Assembly: GCF_013122565.1 (NCBI RefSeq)
Contig: NZ_CP053258.1
DNA length: 64,000 nt
Direction: 5' to 3' (one strand)
Origin: Escherichia coli
GTDB taxonomy: Bacteria > Pseudomonadota > Gammaproteobacteria > Enterobacterales > Enterobacteriaceae
Position numbers and translations under genes: made by a program. Under the pieces are notes generated by a model. It did no database searches. It was not told the DNA's origin and worked only from the letters and a program-made list of their open reading frames with translations. Position 1 is the stretch's first letter, and each line of letters opens with the position of its first letter. Shown here one piece after another: positions 1 to 16,338 of this stretch.

Positions 1-165
1 TTTTATCTAACATAGCCCTTCCACGGAGAATTTTTTTCTCTTTTAATTCTATTTTAAAGGTGAAATCGCGACAATTTATTCTGTGCGGTTTAAACACCAC
101 GGCACAAAATGACAAATTCAACGCAAAAAAAACCGGGCAATTGCCCGGTGCTGGAAGGGATCTCG

Positions 166-984
166 TTATTCGGGGGAATAAGGTAGATGTGGATAGTCCA
201 GCCAGTGCGTCAAATAGTGAGAGACAGCCTGATTTCGGCAATGTCCAATCACCGGTAAATGCGGGAGCTCCGCGCGCAGTTGCGGCATCGCATTGCCCAT
301 AATAAATCCGCTACCGACGCTGCCTAACATTTCGCGATCGTTCATCGCATCACCAAAGGCCATGCAATCGCGCAACGATAAACCTAAATGTTGGGTCAGC
401 ACCGTCAATGCAGCGCCTTTATTGCAGCCCACCGGCAGCACTTCGAGGCAATCCGTGGCGGAAAAACACAAATGTGCACGCTCGCCTAATGCTTCGTATA
501 GCTGGATCTGCAAGCGTGTAAGATCGTCGTGATCGCCACAGAAGCAGATCTTGGTGATGCTGCCGAGTGGCATTTTTTTGACATCGATTATCTGATAACG
601 AAAACCGCTATAGACAAATGCCTGCAACAACGCAGGGATCTCTTTCCCGGTAAACCAACCGTCGTCATTGAAAATATGCATGCTGGCTCGGGTATCCCAT
701 TGCTGATACAGCACCAGCTCCGCGACATCCGCAGGTAAATCATCACGATGTAAAAGTTCACCTTCCAGAGAATGCACGCGCGTTCCGTTGCCGGTAATCA
801 AATATGCATCCAGCGATAGCGCCCCGAGAATATGCTGCATCTCCAGCGCATGACGCCCCGTGGCAAAAGTGAGGGTAATGTCGCGTTCACGCAGTCGCGC
901 CAAAGTAGAGAGGGTTTTCTCACCTAAATGATGGTCAGGCATCAATAAAGTGCCATCCATATCAAATGCTGCCAGACGAGCCAT
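166..984 (-). CDS. cof: HMP-PP phosphatase, HAD superfamily (Cof)
   Basis: Translation matches K-12 Cof from [17 protein letters not shown] track start at 996 is 4 codons upstream of the K-12 start. Confidence 0.9.
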   Translation of the reverse strand: MARLAAFDMDGTLLMPDHHLGEKTLSTLARLRERDITLTFATGRHALEMQHILGALSLDAYLITGNGTRVHSLEGELLHRDDLPADVAELVLYQQWDTRASMHIFNDDGWFTGKEIPALLQAFVYSGFRYQIIDVKKMPLGSITKICFCGDHDDLTRLQIQLYEALGERAHLCFSATDCLEVLPVGCNKGAALTVLTQHLGLSLRDCMAFGDAMNDREMLGSVGSGFIMGNAMPQLRAELPHLPVIGHCRNQAVSHYLTHWLDYPHLPYSPE

Positions 985-1083
985 TTCTTTCTCCACTCTG
1001 TGACACGGTTAATGGTGATTGAGTATCACCTGATATATACGGAAGTAATAGTGAATAGTTAAATAATATTGTTCCGGGTTTAT

Positions 1084-2784
1084 ATGCGACTGCTCAACCG
1101 TCTTAACCAGTATCAACGTCTGTGGCAACCTTCCGCCGGAAAGCCGCAAACCGTCACCGTCAGCGAACTGGCCGAACGCTGTTTTTGCAGCGAACGCCAT
1201 GTTCGTACGCTGTTGCGTCAGGCACAAGAGGCGGGATGGCTGGAGTGGCAGGCGCAGTCAGGACGCGGAAAGCGCGGACAATTACGCTTTCTGGTCACGC
1301 CAGAATCGCTACGCAATGCGATGATGGAACAGGCACTGGAAACCGGAAAGCAGCAAGATGTGCTGGAGCTGGCGCAACTGGCCCCAGGTGAGCTGCGCAC
1401 TCTGTTACAGCCGTTTATGGGCGGACAATGGCAAAACGATACACCCACGTTGCGTATTCCCTACTATCGCCCGCTCGAACCGCTACAACCGGGCTTTTTG
1501 CCCGGCCGTGCCGAGCAGCATCTCGCCGGACAGATATTTTCCGGCCTGACCCGCTTCGATAATAATACCCAGCGCCCGATTGGCGATTTAGCGCATCACT
1601 GGGAAACCTCTACTGACGGATTACGCTGGGACTTTTATCTTCGTTCAACCCTACACTGGCATAACGGCGATGCAGTAAAAGCCTCACACTTACACCAGCG
1701 ATTATTGATGCTGTTACAACTGCCAGCACTGGATCAATTATTTATTAGCGTGAAGCGTATTGAAGTCACCCATCCGCAGTGTCTGACCTTCTTTTTACAT
1801 CGCCCTGATTACTGGCTTGCACACCGGCTGGCGAGCTATTGCAGCCATCTGGCGCATCCGCAATTCCCACTGATCGGCACGGGTCCTTTTCGCTTAACAC
1901 AATTCACAGCGGAGCTGGTGCGCCTGGAAAGCCATGATTATTACCATTTACGTCATCCGCTGCTTAAAGCGGTTGAGTACTGGATAACTCCGCCGCTTTT
2001 CGAAAAAGATTTGGGAACCAGTTGTCGGCATCCCGTGCAAATCACCATCGGCAAACCGGAGGAGCTGCAACGGGTCAGCCAGGTCAGTAGTGGCATCAGT
2101 TTAGGTTTTTGCTATTTAACGTTGCGCAAAAGTCCCCGACTCTCCCTCTGGCAGGCGCGAAAAGTGATCTCCATTATTCATCAATCCGGTTTATTACAAA
2201 CGTTAGAAGTCGGAGAAAACCTGATCACCGCCAGTCATGCATTACTGCCAGGCTGGACTATTCCACAATGGCAAGTACCGGATAAAGTCAAACTACCGAA
2301 AACCTTGACGCTGGTTTATCACCTACCGATAGAACTTCATACCATGGCAGAACGCCTACAGGCGACACTGGCAGCGGAAGGCTGTGAACTCACAATTATT
2401 TTTCATAACGCAAAAAACTGGGACGACACGACCCTACTGGCACACGCAGACCTCATGATGGGCGACAGATTAATTGGCGAAGCACCGGAATATACGCTGG
2501 AGCAATGGCTGCGTTGCGATCCACTGTGGCCACATGTTTTCGACGCTCCAGCATATGCACATTTGCAATCGACACTGGACGCGGTGCAAGTAATGCCTGA
2601 TGAGGAAAACCGATTTAATGCCCTGAAAGCGGTTTTTAGCCAGTTAATGGCAGACGCGACACTGACGCCGCTATTCAACTATCACTATCGCATTAGTGCC
2701 CCTCCCGGCGTGAACGGTGTGCGGCTGACACCGCGCGGCTGGTTTGAATTTACCGAAGCCTGGCTTCCCGCGCCGTCGCAATGA
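1084..2784 (+). CDS. ybaE: SgrR-like HTH plus solute-binding-protein family 5 domain protein YbaE
   Basis: 566-aa product from MRLLNRLNQYQRLW matches K-12 YbaE; divergent from cof. Confidence 0.85.
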   Translation: MRLLNRLNQYQRLWQPSAGKPQTVTVSELAERCFCSERHVRTLLRQAQEAGWLEWQAQSGRGKRGQLRFLVTPESLRNAMMEQALETGKQQDVLELAQLAPGELRTLLQPFMGGQWQNDTPTLRIPYYRPLEPLQPGFLPGRAEQHLAGQIFSGLTRFDNNTQRPIGDLAHHWETSTDGLRWDFYLRSTLHWHNGDAVKASHLHQRLLMLLQLPALDQLFISVKRIEVTHPQCLTFFLHRPDYWLAHRLASYCSHLAHPQFPLIGTGPFRLTQFTAELVRLESHDYYHLRHPLLKAVEYWITPPLFEKDLGTSCRHPVQITIGKPEELQRVSQVSSGISLGFCYLTLRKSPRLSLWQARKVISIIHQSGLLQTLEVGENLITASHALLPGWTIPQWQVPDKVKLPKTLTLVYHLPIELHTMAERLQATLAAEGCELTIIFHNAKNWDDTTLLAHADLMMGDRLIGEAPEYTLEQWLRCDPLWPHVFDAPAYAHLQSTLDAVQVMPDEENRFNALKAVFSQLMADATLTPLFNYHYRISAPPGVNGVRLTPRGWFEFTEAWLPAPSQ

Positions 2785-2848
2785 ATAGCTGGTCCGGGTT
2801 AATCGCAGGCGTTACCATAACGCTTTTATTGTTCAAGCAGGATTATCT

Positions 2849-3544
2849 ATGAAACGTGCTGTCGTTGTGTTCAGTGGAGGCCAGGATTCCACCACCTGTC
2901 TGGTGCAGGCATTACAACAATATGATGAAGTCCATTGCGTGACGTTCGATTACGGTCAGCGCCATCGCGCAGAAATCGACGTGGCACGCGAACTGGCGCT
3001 GAAACTGGGGGCACGCGCGCATAAGGTTCTTGATGTAACGCTGCTCAACGAGCTGGCGGTCAGCAGCCTGACGCGTGACAGCATTCCGGTGCCTGATTAT
3101 GAACCTGAAGCCGATGGTATCCCGAATACGTTTGTCCCAGGGCGTAATATTTTGTTCCTGACGCTGGCGGCAATATATGCGTATCAGGTAAAAGCAGAAG
3201 CCGTAATTACTGGCGTCTGCGAAACGGATTTCTCCGGCTACCCGGATTGCCGCGATGAGTTTGTGAAAGCACTAAACCATGCCGTCAGTTTGGGCATGGC
3301 GAAAGATATTCGTTTTGAAACGCCGCTGATGTGGATTGATAAAGCGGAAACCTGGGCGCTGGCAGATTATTACGGCAAACTGGATTTAGTCCGTAACGAA
3401 ACGTTGACCTGCTATAACGGCATTAAAGGCGACGGTTGCGGTCATTGTGCGGCGTGTAATTTACGCGCCAACGGTTTGAATCATTATCTGGCCGATAAAC
3501 CGACGGTGATGGCAGCGATGAAGCAGAAAACCGGGTTGAAGTAA
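2849..3544 (+). CDS. queC: 7-cyano-7-deazaguanine synthase
   Basis: 231 aa, [20 protein letters not shown]-loop ATPase motif, matches QueC. Confidence 0.95.
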   Translation: MKRAVVVFSGGQDSTTCLVQALQQYDEVHCVTFDYGQRHRAEIDVARELALKLGARAHKVLDVTLLNELAVSSLTRDSIPVPDYEPEADGIPNTFVPGRNILFLTLAAIYAYQVKAEAVITGVCETDFSGYPDCRDEFVKALNHAVSLGMAKDIRFETPLMWIDKAETWALADYYGKLDLVRNETLTCYNGIKGDGCGHCAACNLRANGLNHYLADKPTVMAAMKQKTGLK

Positions 3545-3554
3545 TTATTCCAAG

Positions 3555-3588
3555 TGTTGCCGGATGCGGCTTGAGCATCCGGCACAAC
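3555..3588. repeat. REP-like inverted repeat (GCCGGATGC...GCATCCGGC), probable bidirectional terminator between convergent queC and fadM
   Basis: Inverted repeat read directly in sequence; REP consensus-like. Confidence 0.5.
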
Positions 3589-3595
3589 AAAACGT

Positions 3596-3994
3596 TTACT
3601 TGACCATCTGCTCCAGCTTTTCGCGCAATTCCCCTTCCAGAACTAATGCTTTCTGCGTTTTAAGATCAATACAAACAAAGGTAATAAGCGCATCCGCTAC
3701 TACCTGCCCTTCCGGCTCCAGTGTAATGACCTGGCTTAAGATGCCGCTTTTACCGTTTAATTGCTGTAACTGGCTCGTAATGGTTAACAAGTCGCTTAAT
3801 ACCGCCGGGCGACGATAGTTAATATTGATATTCACCACCACGAAAGCGATGTTATGGGCCGTCATCCACTGAAAACTGTCGCTATTTTCCAACCCATCCC
3901 AGCGGGCTTCTTCAAGAAATTCAAGGTAGCGGGCGTTGTTTACGTGCTGGTAAACGTCGAGATGATATCCACGAACTTTGATTTGTGTTTGCAT
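3596..3994 (-). CDS. fadM: Acyl-CoA thioesterase III (4HBT fold)
   Basis: 132 aa, MQTQIKVRGYHLDVYQHVNNARYLEF matches FadM/YbaW. Confidence 0.9.
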   Translation of the reverse strand: MQTQIKVRGYHLDVYQHVNNARYLEFLEEARWDGLENSDSFQWMTAHNIAFVVVNININYRRPAVLSDLLTITSQLQQLNGKSGILSQVITLEPEGQVVADALITFVCIDLKTQKALVLEGELREKLEQMVK

Positions 3995-4047
3995 AGCGCA
4001 ATAACCTTACGTTGTTGTTATAAGAACTGTTATAAGTACAGAGGTCA

Positions 4048-6493
<2,446 letters not shown>

Positions 6494-6684
6494 GGTGTAA
6501 CAACACTCCGCTGTAGATGACTGTGTACCTCACGCAACGTATCGATGCGCGCAAAGGCCTATTGTGACAAGAAACGGGGGCAATTGTCAGCCCACAAGAC
6601 GCAGAAAGTCACCGAATACAAATAAAAAAGGCACATCAGTAGATGCGCCCTTGAACTTCGTCACATCCCCACTGGGGACAACGC

Positions 6685-6957
6685 TTAGTTTACCGCGTCT
6701 TTCAGTGCCTTACCTGCACGGAAGCTCGGTACTTTAGCGGCAGCGATGGTGATCTCTTTACCGGTCTGCGGGTTGCGACCAGTACGGGCAGCACGCTCTT
6801 TAACGGCAAAAGTACCAAAACCTACCAGTGCTACATCATCCCCTTCTTTCAGAGATTCAGTTACGGAAGCAATAATAGCATCTAACGCACGGCCAGCCGC
6901 AGCTTTAGAGATATCAGCCCCTGCAGCAATCTTGTCGATCAATTGAGATTTATTCAC
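6685..6957 (-). CDS. hupB: Nucleoid protein HU beta subunit
   Basis: 90 aa [29 protein letters not shown] matches HU-beta. Confidence 0.97.
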
Positions 6958-7165
6958 TCTTCTCTTCCTCTTTATAATTTATATCGCACTTGAATCCTTC
7001 AAGGTACGAACGCGCAGCAGTTATATCAGGCCAGCCATCCCCTTACAACACCCCTTAATAAGGGCAAGCCCAATCCGCCATCTAACTTAGCGAGACAAAA
7101 AAAGGCTGGCAAGTCCGAATTAGCCTGCCAGCCCTGTTTTTATTAGTGCATTTTGCGCGAGGTCA

Positions 7166-9520
7166 CTATTTTGCAGTCACAACCTGCATGCCAGACGGTT
7201 CATTTTGCAGCGCCAGAGTCAGAACTTCCTCAATGCGCTTCACAGGATGAATGTCCAGATCGGCAATTACGTTGTCAGGAATCTCTTCCAGATCGCGTTT
7301 ATTTTCGAACGGAATTAACACTGTTTTAATCCCGCCGCGATGCGCTGCCAGTAGTTTTTCTTTCAAACCACCGATCGGCAGTACCTGACCACGCAGAGTG
7401 ATCTCACCGGTCATTGCCACATCGGCACGAACCGGGTTACCGGTCAGGCAAGAAACCAGCGCGGTGCACATAGCAATACCAGCACTCGGACCATCTTTCG
7501 GCGTCGCACCTTCCGGTACGTGGACGTGGATGTCGCGTTTTTCGTAAAAATCAGGGTTGATCCCCAGTTTTTCCGCACGCGCACGAACCACCGTTAATGC
7601 CGCCTGAATGGACTCCTGCATCACTTCGCCGAGCGAACCGGTATAGGTCAATTTGCCTTTCCCCGGAACACATGCGGTTTCAATGGTCAGCAAGTCACCG
7701 CCCACTTCAGTCCACGCCAGACCGGTTACCTGACCGACACGGTTTTCGTTATCCGCGCGTCCATAGTCAAAACGCTGAACACCAAGGTAGTCATGCAGGT
7801 TGTCGCCGTTAATTTCGATATGTTTTAATGACTTATCGAGCAGTAACTGCTTAACCGCTTTACGGCACAGCTTGGAGATTTCACGCTCCAGACCACGCAC
7901 GCCCGCCTCACGGGTGTAGTAACGAATAATGCCGATAATGGCGCTATCGTCGACGGTCAGCTCACCTTTTTTCAGTGCATTACGTTCAATCTGCTTCGGC
8001 AGCAGGTGACGTTTGGCGATGTTCAGTTTTTCATCTTCGGTATAACCGGAGAGGCGAATCACTTCCATACGATCCAGCAGCGGTGCCGGAATGTTCATGG
8101 AGTTCGACGTCGCGACAAACATCACGTCGCTGAGATCGTAATCCACTTCCAGGTAGTGGTCGCTGAACGCTACGTTCTGCTCGGGATCCAGCACTTCAAG
8201 CAGTGCAGAGGCCGGATCGCCTCGCATGTCAGAAGACATTTTGTCGATCTCATCGAGCAGGAACAGAGGGTTTTTCACGCCCACTTTCGCCATTTTCTGG
8301 ATCAGTTTACCCGGCATAGAACCGATGTAAGTACGGCGGTGACCACGGATTTCCGCTTCATCACGCACGCCGCCCAGCGCCATACGGACATATTTACGCC
8401 CGGTGGCTTTGGCAATGGACTGACCCAGGGAGGTTTTACCTACCCCCGGCGGCCCAACCAGGCAGAGGATCGGTCCCTTGATTTTGTTGACACGGCTTTG
8501 AACCGCAAGGTACTCAAGGATGCGATCTTTCACGCGCTCCAGACCATAATGGTCGGTATCAAGGATTTCCTGCGCCTGACGCAGGTCTTTTTTGACCTTG
8601 CTACGCGCATTCCACGGCACCTGAACCATCCAGTCGATATAACCACGCACTACGGTCGCTTCTGCCGACATCGGAGACATCATTTTCAGCTTCTGCAACT
8701 CTGCTTCCGCTTTCTCTTTTGCCTCTTTCGGCATTTTCGCCGCATCGATTTTGCGCTTCAGGGCTTCGTTTTCGTCCGGCGCGTCATCCATTTCACCGAG
8801 TTCTTTCTGAATAGCTTTCATTTGCTCATTCAGATAGTACTCACGCTGGGATTTCTCCATCTGCTTTTTAACGCGGTTGCGAATGCGTTTCTCAACCTGC
8901 AGCAGATCGATTTCCGATTCCATCATTGCCATCAGATATTCCAGACGTTCGTTAACGTCGGACATCTCCAGAACGGACTGTTTGTCAGCCAGTTTCAGCG
9001 GCATATGTGCAGCAATGGTATCCGCCAGACGCGCCGGATCGTCGATGCTATTCAGCGACGTCAGCACTTCTGGTGGGATCTTTTTGTTCAGCTTGATGTA
9101 GCCTTCGAACTGGCTGATTGCAGTACGCACCAGCACTTCCTGTTCCCGCTCATCAATGGTCGGCGACTCCAGATACTCCGCCTTCGCAGAAAAGTGTTCG
9201 CCATTGTCAGAGAGCGCAGAAATACGCGCGCGCTGTAACCCCTCGACCAGCACTTTGACGGTGCCGTCAGGCAGTTTCAGCATCTGCAATATAGAGGCCA
9301 CGGTCCCGACGGTGAAAAGATCGTTTACACCCGGCTCATCCGTTGAAGCTTCTTTCTGCGCGACCAGCATAATTTTTTTATCATGGTCCATCGCCGCTTC
9401 CAGACAACGGATAGATTTTTCCCGCCCGACAAATAAGGGGATGACCATGTGCGGATAAACCACCACATCGCGCAGCGGCAATACGGGGATTTCAATGCGT
9501 TCAGAACGCTCAGGATTCAT
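7166..9520 (-). CDS. lon: ATP-dependent Lon protease
   Basis: 784-aa product from [33 protein letters not shown] track start at 9565 is 15 codons upstream of the K-12 start. Confidence 0.95.
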   Translation of the reverse strand: MNPERSERIEIPVLPLRDVVVYPHMVIPLFVGREKSIRCLEAAMDHDKKIMLVAQKEASTDEPGVNDLFTVGTVASILQMLKLPDGTVKVLVEGLQRARISALSDNGEHFSAKAEYLESPTIDEREQEVLVRTAISQFEGYIKLNKKIPPEVLTSLNSIDDPARLADTIAAHMPLKLADKQSVLEMSDVNERLEYLMAMMESEIDLLQVEKRIRNRVKKQMEKSQREYYLNEQMKAIQKELGEMDDAPDENEALKRKIDAAKMPKEAKEKAEAELQKLKMMSPMSAEATVVRGYIDWMVQVPWNARSKVKKDLRQAQEILDTDHYGLERVKDRILEYLAVQSRVNKIKGPILCLVGPPGVGKTSLGQSIAKATGRKYVRMALGGVRDEAEIRGHRRTYIGSMPGKLIQKMAKVGVKNPLFLLDEIDKMSSDMRGDPASALLEVLDPEQNVAFSDHYLEVDYDLSDVMFVATSNSMNIPAPLLDRMEVIRLSGYTEDEKLNIAKRHLLPKQIERNALKKGELTVDDSAIIGIIRYYTREAGVRGLEREISKLCRKAVKQLLLDKSLKHIEINGDNLHDYLGVQRFDYGRADNENRVGQVTGLAWTEVGGDLLTIETACVPGKGKLTYTGSLGEVMQESIQAALTVVRARAEKLGINPDFYEKRDIHVHVPEGATPKDGPSAGIAMCTALVSCLTGNPVRADVAMTGEITLRGQVLPIGGLKEKLLAAHRGGIKTVLIPFENKRDLEEIPDNVIADLDIHPVKRIEEVLTLALQNEPSGMQVVTAK

Positions 9521-9599
9521 AGAGCTCTCTCTTAGTTTAATTTCCGCCAGGTAATCAGATGACACGACTGTGCTTCACGCCATCTATTAACATGTACGT

Positions 9600-9632
9600 C
9601 AGTATATGGGGATGTTTCCCCCACATTCAACG
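9600..9632 (-). promoter_or_regulatory. Sigma-32 heat-shock promoter of lon (minus-strand CTTGAA-like -35, CCCCATAT -10)
   Basis: Reverse complement reads ttgaatgtgggggaaacatCCCCATATa; fits sigma-32 consensus. Confidence 0.45.
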
Positions 9633-9644
9633 CCGAGAATAGAG

Positions 9645-9690
9645 GAAAAATTAAAGGGGAGATAAAATCCCCCCTTTTTGGTTAACTAAT
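9645..9690 (-). terminator. Putative clpX terminator hairpin with flanking A/T runs
   Basis: GGGGA...TCCCC stem followed by T-run on both strands, just downstream of the clpX stop. Confidence 0.4.
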
Positions 9691-9707
9691 TGTATGGGAA
9701 TGGTTAA

Positions 9708-10982
9708 TTATTCACCAGATGCCTGTTGCGCTTCCGGCTTGCCATAAATCAGCAACGGTTTGCTTTGACCATCAATTACCGACTCGTCGATAACCACTTT
9801 TTCGACATCTTCCATGGACGGCAGATCGTACATGGTATCGAGCAGTGCGGCTTCTACGATGGAACGCAGGCCACGGGCACCGGTTTTACGCGCCATCGCT
9901 TTCTTAGCGATAGCATCCAGCGCCTCGTCACGGAATTCCAGATCCACGCCTTCCAGATTAAACAGCGCCTGATACTGCTTGGTCAGGGCGTTTTTCGGCT
10001 CTTTGAGGATCTGAATCAGAGCTTCTTCGCTCAGTTCATTCAACGTTGCGACAACCGGCAGACGACCAATAAACTCAGGGATAAGACCAAACTTGATCAG
10101 ATCTTCCGGTTCAACCTGCGCCAGCAGCTCGCCCTCGCTTGCTTTGTCGGACTTCGCTTTTACCGTCGCGCCAAAACCAATGCCGGAGCCGGTTTCTACA
10201 CGATGGGAAATCACTTTATCCAGACCGGCAAACGCACCGCCACAAATAAACAGGATCTTGGAGGTATCAACCTGCAAGAATTCCTGCTGCGGATGTTTAC
10301 GCCCACCTTGCGGTGGAACAGCAGCTACCGTACCTTCGATCAGTTTCAACAGTGCCTGCTGTACGCCTTCACCGGAAACGTCACGGGTAATAGACGGGTT
10401 GTCTGACTTACGAGAAATCTTGTCGATTTCATCGATGTAGACAATCCCGCGCTGCGCTTTCTGTACGTCGTAATCGCACTTTTGCAACAGCTTCTGAATG
10501 ATGTTTTCAACGTCTTCGCCCACATAACCGGCTTCGGTCAGCGTGGTTGCGTCGGCCATGGTGAACGGGACGTCCAGCAGGCGCGCCAGCGTTTCAGCCA
10601 GCAGCGTTTTACCGGAACCGGTCGGACCGATCAGCAGAATGTTACTTTTGCCCAACTCGACACCATTGCTGGTATCGCCGTTGCGCAGACGTTTGTAATG
10701 GTTGTATACCGCGACCGCCAGCACTTTTTTCGCCTGTTCCTGGCCGATAACGTAATCGTCCAGGTGGTTGCGAATTTCATGCGGCGTCGGTAGCGCACTG
10801 CGTTCACGATGCGGTGCAACTTCTTTAATCTCTTCGCGAATGATGTCGTTACATAAATCAACACATTCGTCGCAGATATACACGGATGGACCGGCAATCA
10901 GCTTGCGCACTTCATGCTGGCTTTTGCCGCAAAAAGAGCAATACAGCAATTTGCCTGAGCCATCTTTGCGTTTATCTGTCAT
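9708..10982 (-). CDS. clpX: ATP-dependent Clp protease ATP-binding subunit ClpX
   Basis: 424 aa, zinc-binding CSFCGK...CDEC and Walker A GPTGSGKT. Confidence 0.97.
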
Positions 10983-11107
10983 GGGTCAAAACCTCTTCTT
11001 TGTTCTTTGTGCCGCACACGACGACGCAAATGCCATTCTCAGGCGCAAGCCGCTTACAGCGTTGTGCCGCCCTGGATAAGTATAGCGGCACAGTTGCGCC
11101 TCTGGCA

Positions 11108-11731
11108 TCAATTACGATGGGTCAGAATCGAATCGACCAGACCGTATTCCACCGCTTCAGGGGCGGAAAGGAAGCGATCGCGCTCGGTATCACGTTCAAT
11201 CTGTTCTAATGATTGACCCGTATGAAGCGCCATAAGTTCATTCATGCGCCCTTTAACTTTCAGAATTTCACGGGCATGAATTTCGATATCGGTCGCCTGG
11301 CCCTGGTAGCCGCCCAACGGTTGGTGAATCATCACGCGCGAATTCGGCAGGCAGAAACGTTTACCTTTTGCCCCTGCGGTCAGCAAGAAAGCGCCCATAG
11401 AGGCCGCCTGGCCCATACAGATGGTGCTGACATCAGGTTTGATAAACTGCATGGTGTCATAGATAGACATCCCGGCAGTAATCACCCCGCCTGGAGAGTT
11501 AATGTAGAGATAGATATCTTTTTCTGGGTTTTCTGCTTCCAGGAACAGCATCTGCGCCACAATCAGGTTAGCCATGTGGTCTTCAACCTGGCCAGTCAGA
11601 AAAATGACGCGTTCCTTAAGTAGACGAGAATAGATATCAAAAGAGCGCTCACCTCGTGAGGTCTGTTCAATGACCATCGGCACCAGCGCCATATGGGGTG
11701 CAAAGTTATCTCGTTCGCCGCTGTATGACAT
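11108..11731 (-). CDS. clpP: ATP-dependent Clp protease proteolytic subunit ClpP
   Basis: 207 aa, matches ClpP. Confidence 0.97.
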   Translation of the reverse strand: MSYSGERDNFAPHMALVPMVIEQTSRGERSFDIYSRLLKERVIFLTGQVEDHMANLIVAQMLFLEAENPEKDIYLYINSPGGVITAGMSIYDTMQFIKPDVSTICMGQAASMGAFLLTAGAKGKRFCLPNSRVMIHQPLGGYQGQATDIEIHAREILKVKGRMNELMALHTGQSLEQIERDTERDRFLSAPEAVEYGLVDSILTHRN

Positions 11732-11976
11732 TTCCGTCTCCTGGATAAAATTGAAAAAACCTGCTGTACCGATTGTAACCTTATGGACGGATTATCAGCT
11801 AGTCCCTGTGTTATGGGTACGGCATCACCATATTTCAAGCATAACAATCTTTTGTTGTTACGCTAACACCGAAAGAGGCTTTTCGCACGGTTCCATGCAA
11901 AATTCATGACAAAAAAAAGCCCACCACCTGGCGGTGACGGGCCTTTGTGCGAATTTAGCGCGTTATGCTGCGTAAA

Positions 11977-13284
<1,308 letters not shown>

Positions 13285-13618
13285 TCAAAAAATCACAGTG
13301 CTCGGTCAACTCTTACCCCGCAAGCACAGGTTGTTGGCTTCGCGGAACCGGGATGTTCTTATAATCAATCACATTCCCTGTTACCAGAATCATCCCGAAA
13401 GCATTCAAATAGGACGCGGCATTATAGCGGCATCACTTTTATGAGTCGAGAACGGTTATTGCGCGCTGTCGCGTATTTTTTCACAATTCCCGGGCAATTT
13501 TCGTCTGAATGCTGGGCAAAAAGCGCAAAATCCAGACAAAACAAAACGGCCCGCAGGCCGTTTTTCATAAAATCTTTAGCAACATACTGGAAAAGCGCCG
13601 ACAGTTGCAAATGCGTTT

Positions 13619-13936
13619 TTACGCGATGCTTCCTGCTCCACGACAGGGAGGAGAGGCAAAGACGGTGTCCTGCAACCCTTCCCACTCCTTAATAGTGTAA
13701 GTATGCAGAGCCAGCGCATGAACGGTAGTAGAGAGTTCCTCCGCTAAAGTACTGTAAATCATTCGATGACGATTCAGAAAACGTTCACCCGTAAAACGAT
13801 CGCTGACCAGCACAACTTTAAAATGGCTTTCAGAGCCGGCTGGGACATTGTGACGATAGCTTTCATCCACTACTTCGAGGAATACGGGTTGGAACGCCGC
13901 CCTTAATTTTTCTTCTATCCGCTCACGTATCATCAT
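13619..13936 (-). CDS. bolA: Stress-induced morphogene regulator BolA
   Basis: 105-aa product from [18 protein letters not shown] track start is 11 codons upstream. Confidence 0.9.
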
Positions 13937-14240
13937 GAAATATCTCCTCCGACAACGCTGAGATGTCATCCATCCCTTTAAATACTAGCCGCTTTTACCG
14001 TTTCCATTGCAGCTTAACAACAAATATTTAGGTTTCGTCCTGGTTTTTCCGTCAAGCGTATGAAGTTTACTGATTTAAAGATTGAAACACAGGCCTCGCA
14101 TCAGCGTTTCTTTTACCAGGGGCGATTATTTCGTCAACATGATGAATTTACATGCCTTACCCACTTCCCCTCGCCGTTGGCAATGTTATGATGGCGGGAA
14201 TTTTTACCAAACACGCTTAAGAGTCTCTGAGAGCCCGAAC

Positions 14241-14819
14241 ATGTTCAAAAAAATCCTCTTCCCGTTAGTTGCTCTGTTTATGCTTGCAGGATGCGCAAAA
14301 CCGCCAACAACTATTGAAGTTTCCCCGACGATTACACTGCCACAGCAGGATCCAAGCCTGATGGGCGTCACCGTAAGCATTAATGGTGCCGATCAGCGTA
14401 CCGATCAGGCGCTGGCAAAAGTCACCCGCGATAATCAAATCGTTACCCTGACCGCCTCCCGCGACCTGCGTTTCCTGCTGCAAGAAGTGCTGGAAAAACA
14501 GATGACCGCGCGTGGTTACATGGTTGGTCCGAATGGCCCGGTTAATCTGCAAATCATCGTTAGCCAACTGTATGCTGACGTGTCCCAGGGCAACGTGCGC
14601 TACAACATCGCCACCAAAGCGGATATCGCCATCATCGCTACCGCGCAGAATGGCAACAAAATGACCAAAAACTATCGTGCCAGCTACAACGTTGAGGGTG
14701 CGTTCCAGGCCTCCAACAAAAATATCGCCGATGCGGTTAACAGTGTGCTGACCGATACCATCGCTGATATGTCTCAGGACACCAGCATCCACGAATTCAT
14801 CAAGCAGAACGCACGTTAA
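14241..14819 (+). CDS. yajG: Lipoprotein YajG
   Basis: 192-aa product from MFKKILFPLVALFMLAGC (lipobox LAGC); ORF track start is 53 codons upstream. Confidence 0.9.
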   Translation: MFKKILFPLVALFMLAGCAKPPTTIEVSPTITLPQQDPSLMGVTVSINGADQRTDQALAKVTRDNQIVTLTASRDLRFLLQEVLEKQMTARGYMVGPNGPVNLQIIVSQLYADVSQGNVRYNIATKADIAIIATAQNGNKMTKNYRASYNVEGAFQASNKNIADAVNSVLTDTIADMSQDTSIHEFIKQNAR

Positions 14820-14862
14820 TTTCTGCCCTCTGGCCCGGTGCAAGCCGGGCCTGTAGACGCCC

Positions 14863-16338
14863 ATGTCCAGTCAATATTTACGTATTTTTCAACAGCCGCG
14901 TTCAGCCATATTGCTGATCCTGGGTTTTGCTTCCGGGCTACCACTCGCCCTGACATCCGGCACCTTACAGGCCTGGATGACGGTCGAGAATATCGATCTC
15001 AAAACCATTGGTTTCTTCTCTCTGGTAGGCCAGGCTTACGTTTTTAAATTCCTCTGGTCACCGCTGATGGACCGCTACACGCCCCCATTTTTTGGGCGGC
15101 GGCGCGGTTGGCTGCTCGCCACGCAAATCCTGTTATTAGTCGCCATTGCGGCGATGGGTTTTCTCGAACCAGGCACCCAACTCCGCTGGATGGCGGCGCT
15201 GGCGGTGGTGATCGCTTTTTGCTCTGCCTCCCAGGATATTGTCTTCGATGCGTGGAAAACCGATGTGCTCCCGGCAGAAGAACGTGGTGCGGGCGCGGCA
15301 ATCAGCGTGCTGGGTTACCGTTTAGGGATGCTGGTTTCCGGCGGCCTAGCCCTGTGGCTGGCAGATAAATGGCTGGGCTGGCAGGGCATGTACTGGTTGA
15401 TGGCGGCGCTGTTGATCCCCTGTATTATCGCGACGTTGCTTGCACCAGAACCGACCGACACCATTCCTGTGCCAAAAACGCTGGAACAAGCGGTTGTTGC
15501 ACCTCTGCGAGATTTCTTTGGTCGCAATAATGCCTGGCTTATTTTGCTTCTTATCGTGCTGTATAAGCTGGGCGACGCATTCGCCATGAGCCTGACAACC
15601 ACGTTTTTGATTCGCGGCGTCGGGTTTGATGCGGGTGAAGTAGGCGTGGTTAACAAAACGCTTGGCTTACTGGCGACCATTGTTGGCGCATTGTACGGTG
15701 GGATTTTGATGCAGCGCCTGTCGCTGTTCCGTGCACTGCTGATTTTCGGCATTTTACAAGGTGCATCTAACGCCGGTTACTGGCTACTGTCGATTACTGA
15801 TAAGCATCTCTACAGCATGGGCGCAGCCGTCTTTTTCGAAAATCTCTGTGGCGGGATGGGTACTTCAGCCTTTGTCGCGCTGTTAATGACGCTGTGTAAT
15901 AAGTCATTTTCCGCTACTCAATTTGCCCTGCTCTCAGCGCTTTCCGCTGTAGGGCGAGTTTATGTCGGCCCCGTGGCGGGTTGGTTTGTTGAAGCACACG
16001 GCTGGTCGACATTCTATCTGTTCTCCGTCGCCGCTGCCGTACCGGGGCTTATTTTGCTGCTGGTTTGCCGCCAGACGCTTGAATATACACGAGTAAATGA
16101 CAACTTTATCTCCCGTACCGAATATCCGGCAGGTTATGCCTTTGCCATGTGGACACTGGCGGCGGGCGTCAGCCTGTTGGCCGTGTGGTTACTGCTATTG
16201 ACGATGGACGCGCTGGATTTGACGCACTTCTCTTTCCTGCCGGCTCTGCTGGAAGTCGGGGTTTTAATCGCCCTTTCTGGCGTCGTGCTTGGTGGTTTGC
16301 TGGATTATCTGGCGCTACGAAAAACGCATCTGACGTAA
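14863..16338 (+). CDS. ampG: Muropeptide permease AmpG (MFS)
   Basis: 491 aa polytopic membrane protein matching AmpG. Confidence 0.95.
   Translation: MSSQYLRIFQQPRSAILLILGFASGLPLALTSGTLQAWMTVENIDLKTIGFFSLVGQAYVFKFLWSPLMDRYTPPFFGRRRGWLLATQILLLVAIAAMGFLEPGTQLRWMAALAVVIAFCSASQDIVFDAWKTDVLPAEERGAGAAISVLGYRLGMLVSGGLALWLADKWLGWQGMYWLMAALLIPCIIATLLAPEPTDTIPVPKTLEQAVVAPLRDFFGRNNAWLILLLIVLYKLGDAFAMSLTTTFLIRGVGFDAGEVGVVNKTLGLLATIVGALYGGILMQRLSLFRALLIFGILQGASNAGYWLLSITDKHLYSMGAAVFFENLCGGMGTSAFVALLMTLCNKSFSATQFALLSALSAVGRVYVGPVAGWFVEAHGWSTFYLFSVAAAVPGLILLLVCRQTLEYTRVNDNFISRTEYPAGYAFAMWTLAAGVSLLAVWLLLLTMDALDLTHFSFLPALLEVGVLIALSGVVLGGLLDYLALRKTHLT

Noticed and set aside
60-302. 80-aa plus-strand ORF at window start overlapping the cof 3' end
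   Set aside because: Overlaps the cof coding region on the opposite strand and has low-complexity translation; likely spurious
8006-9238. 410-aa ORF on the plus strand inside lon
   Set aside because: Antisense to Lon, His/Arg/Phe-rich nonsense-like translation; shadow ORF
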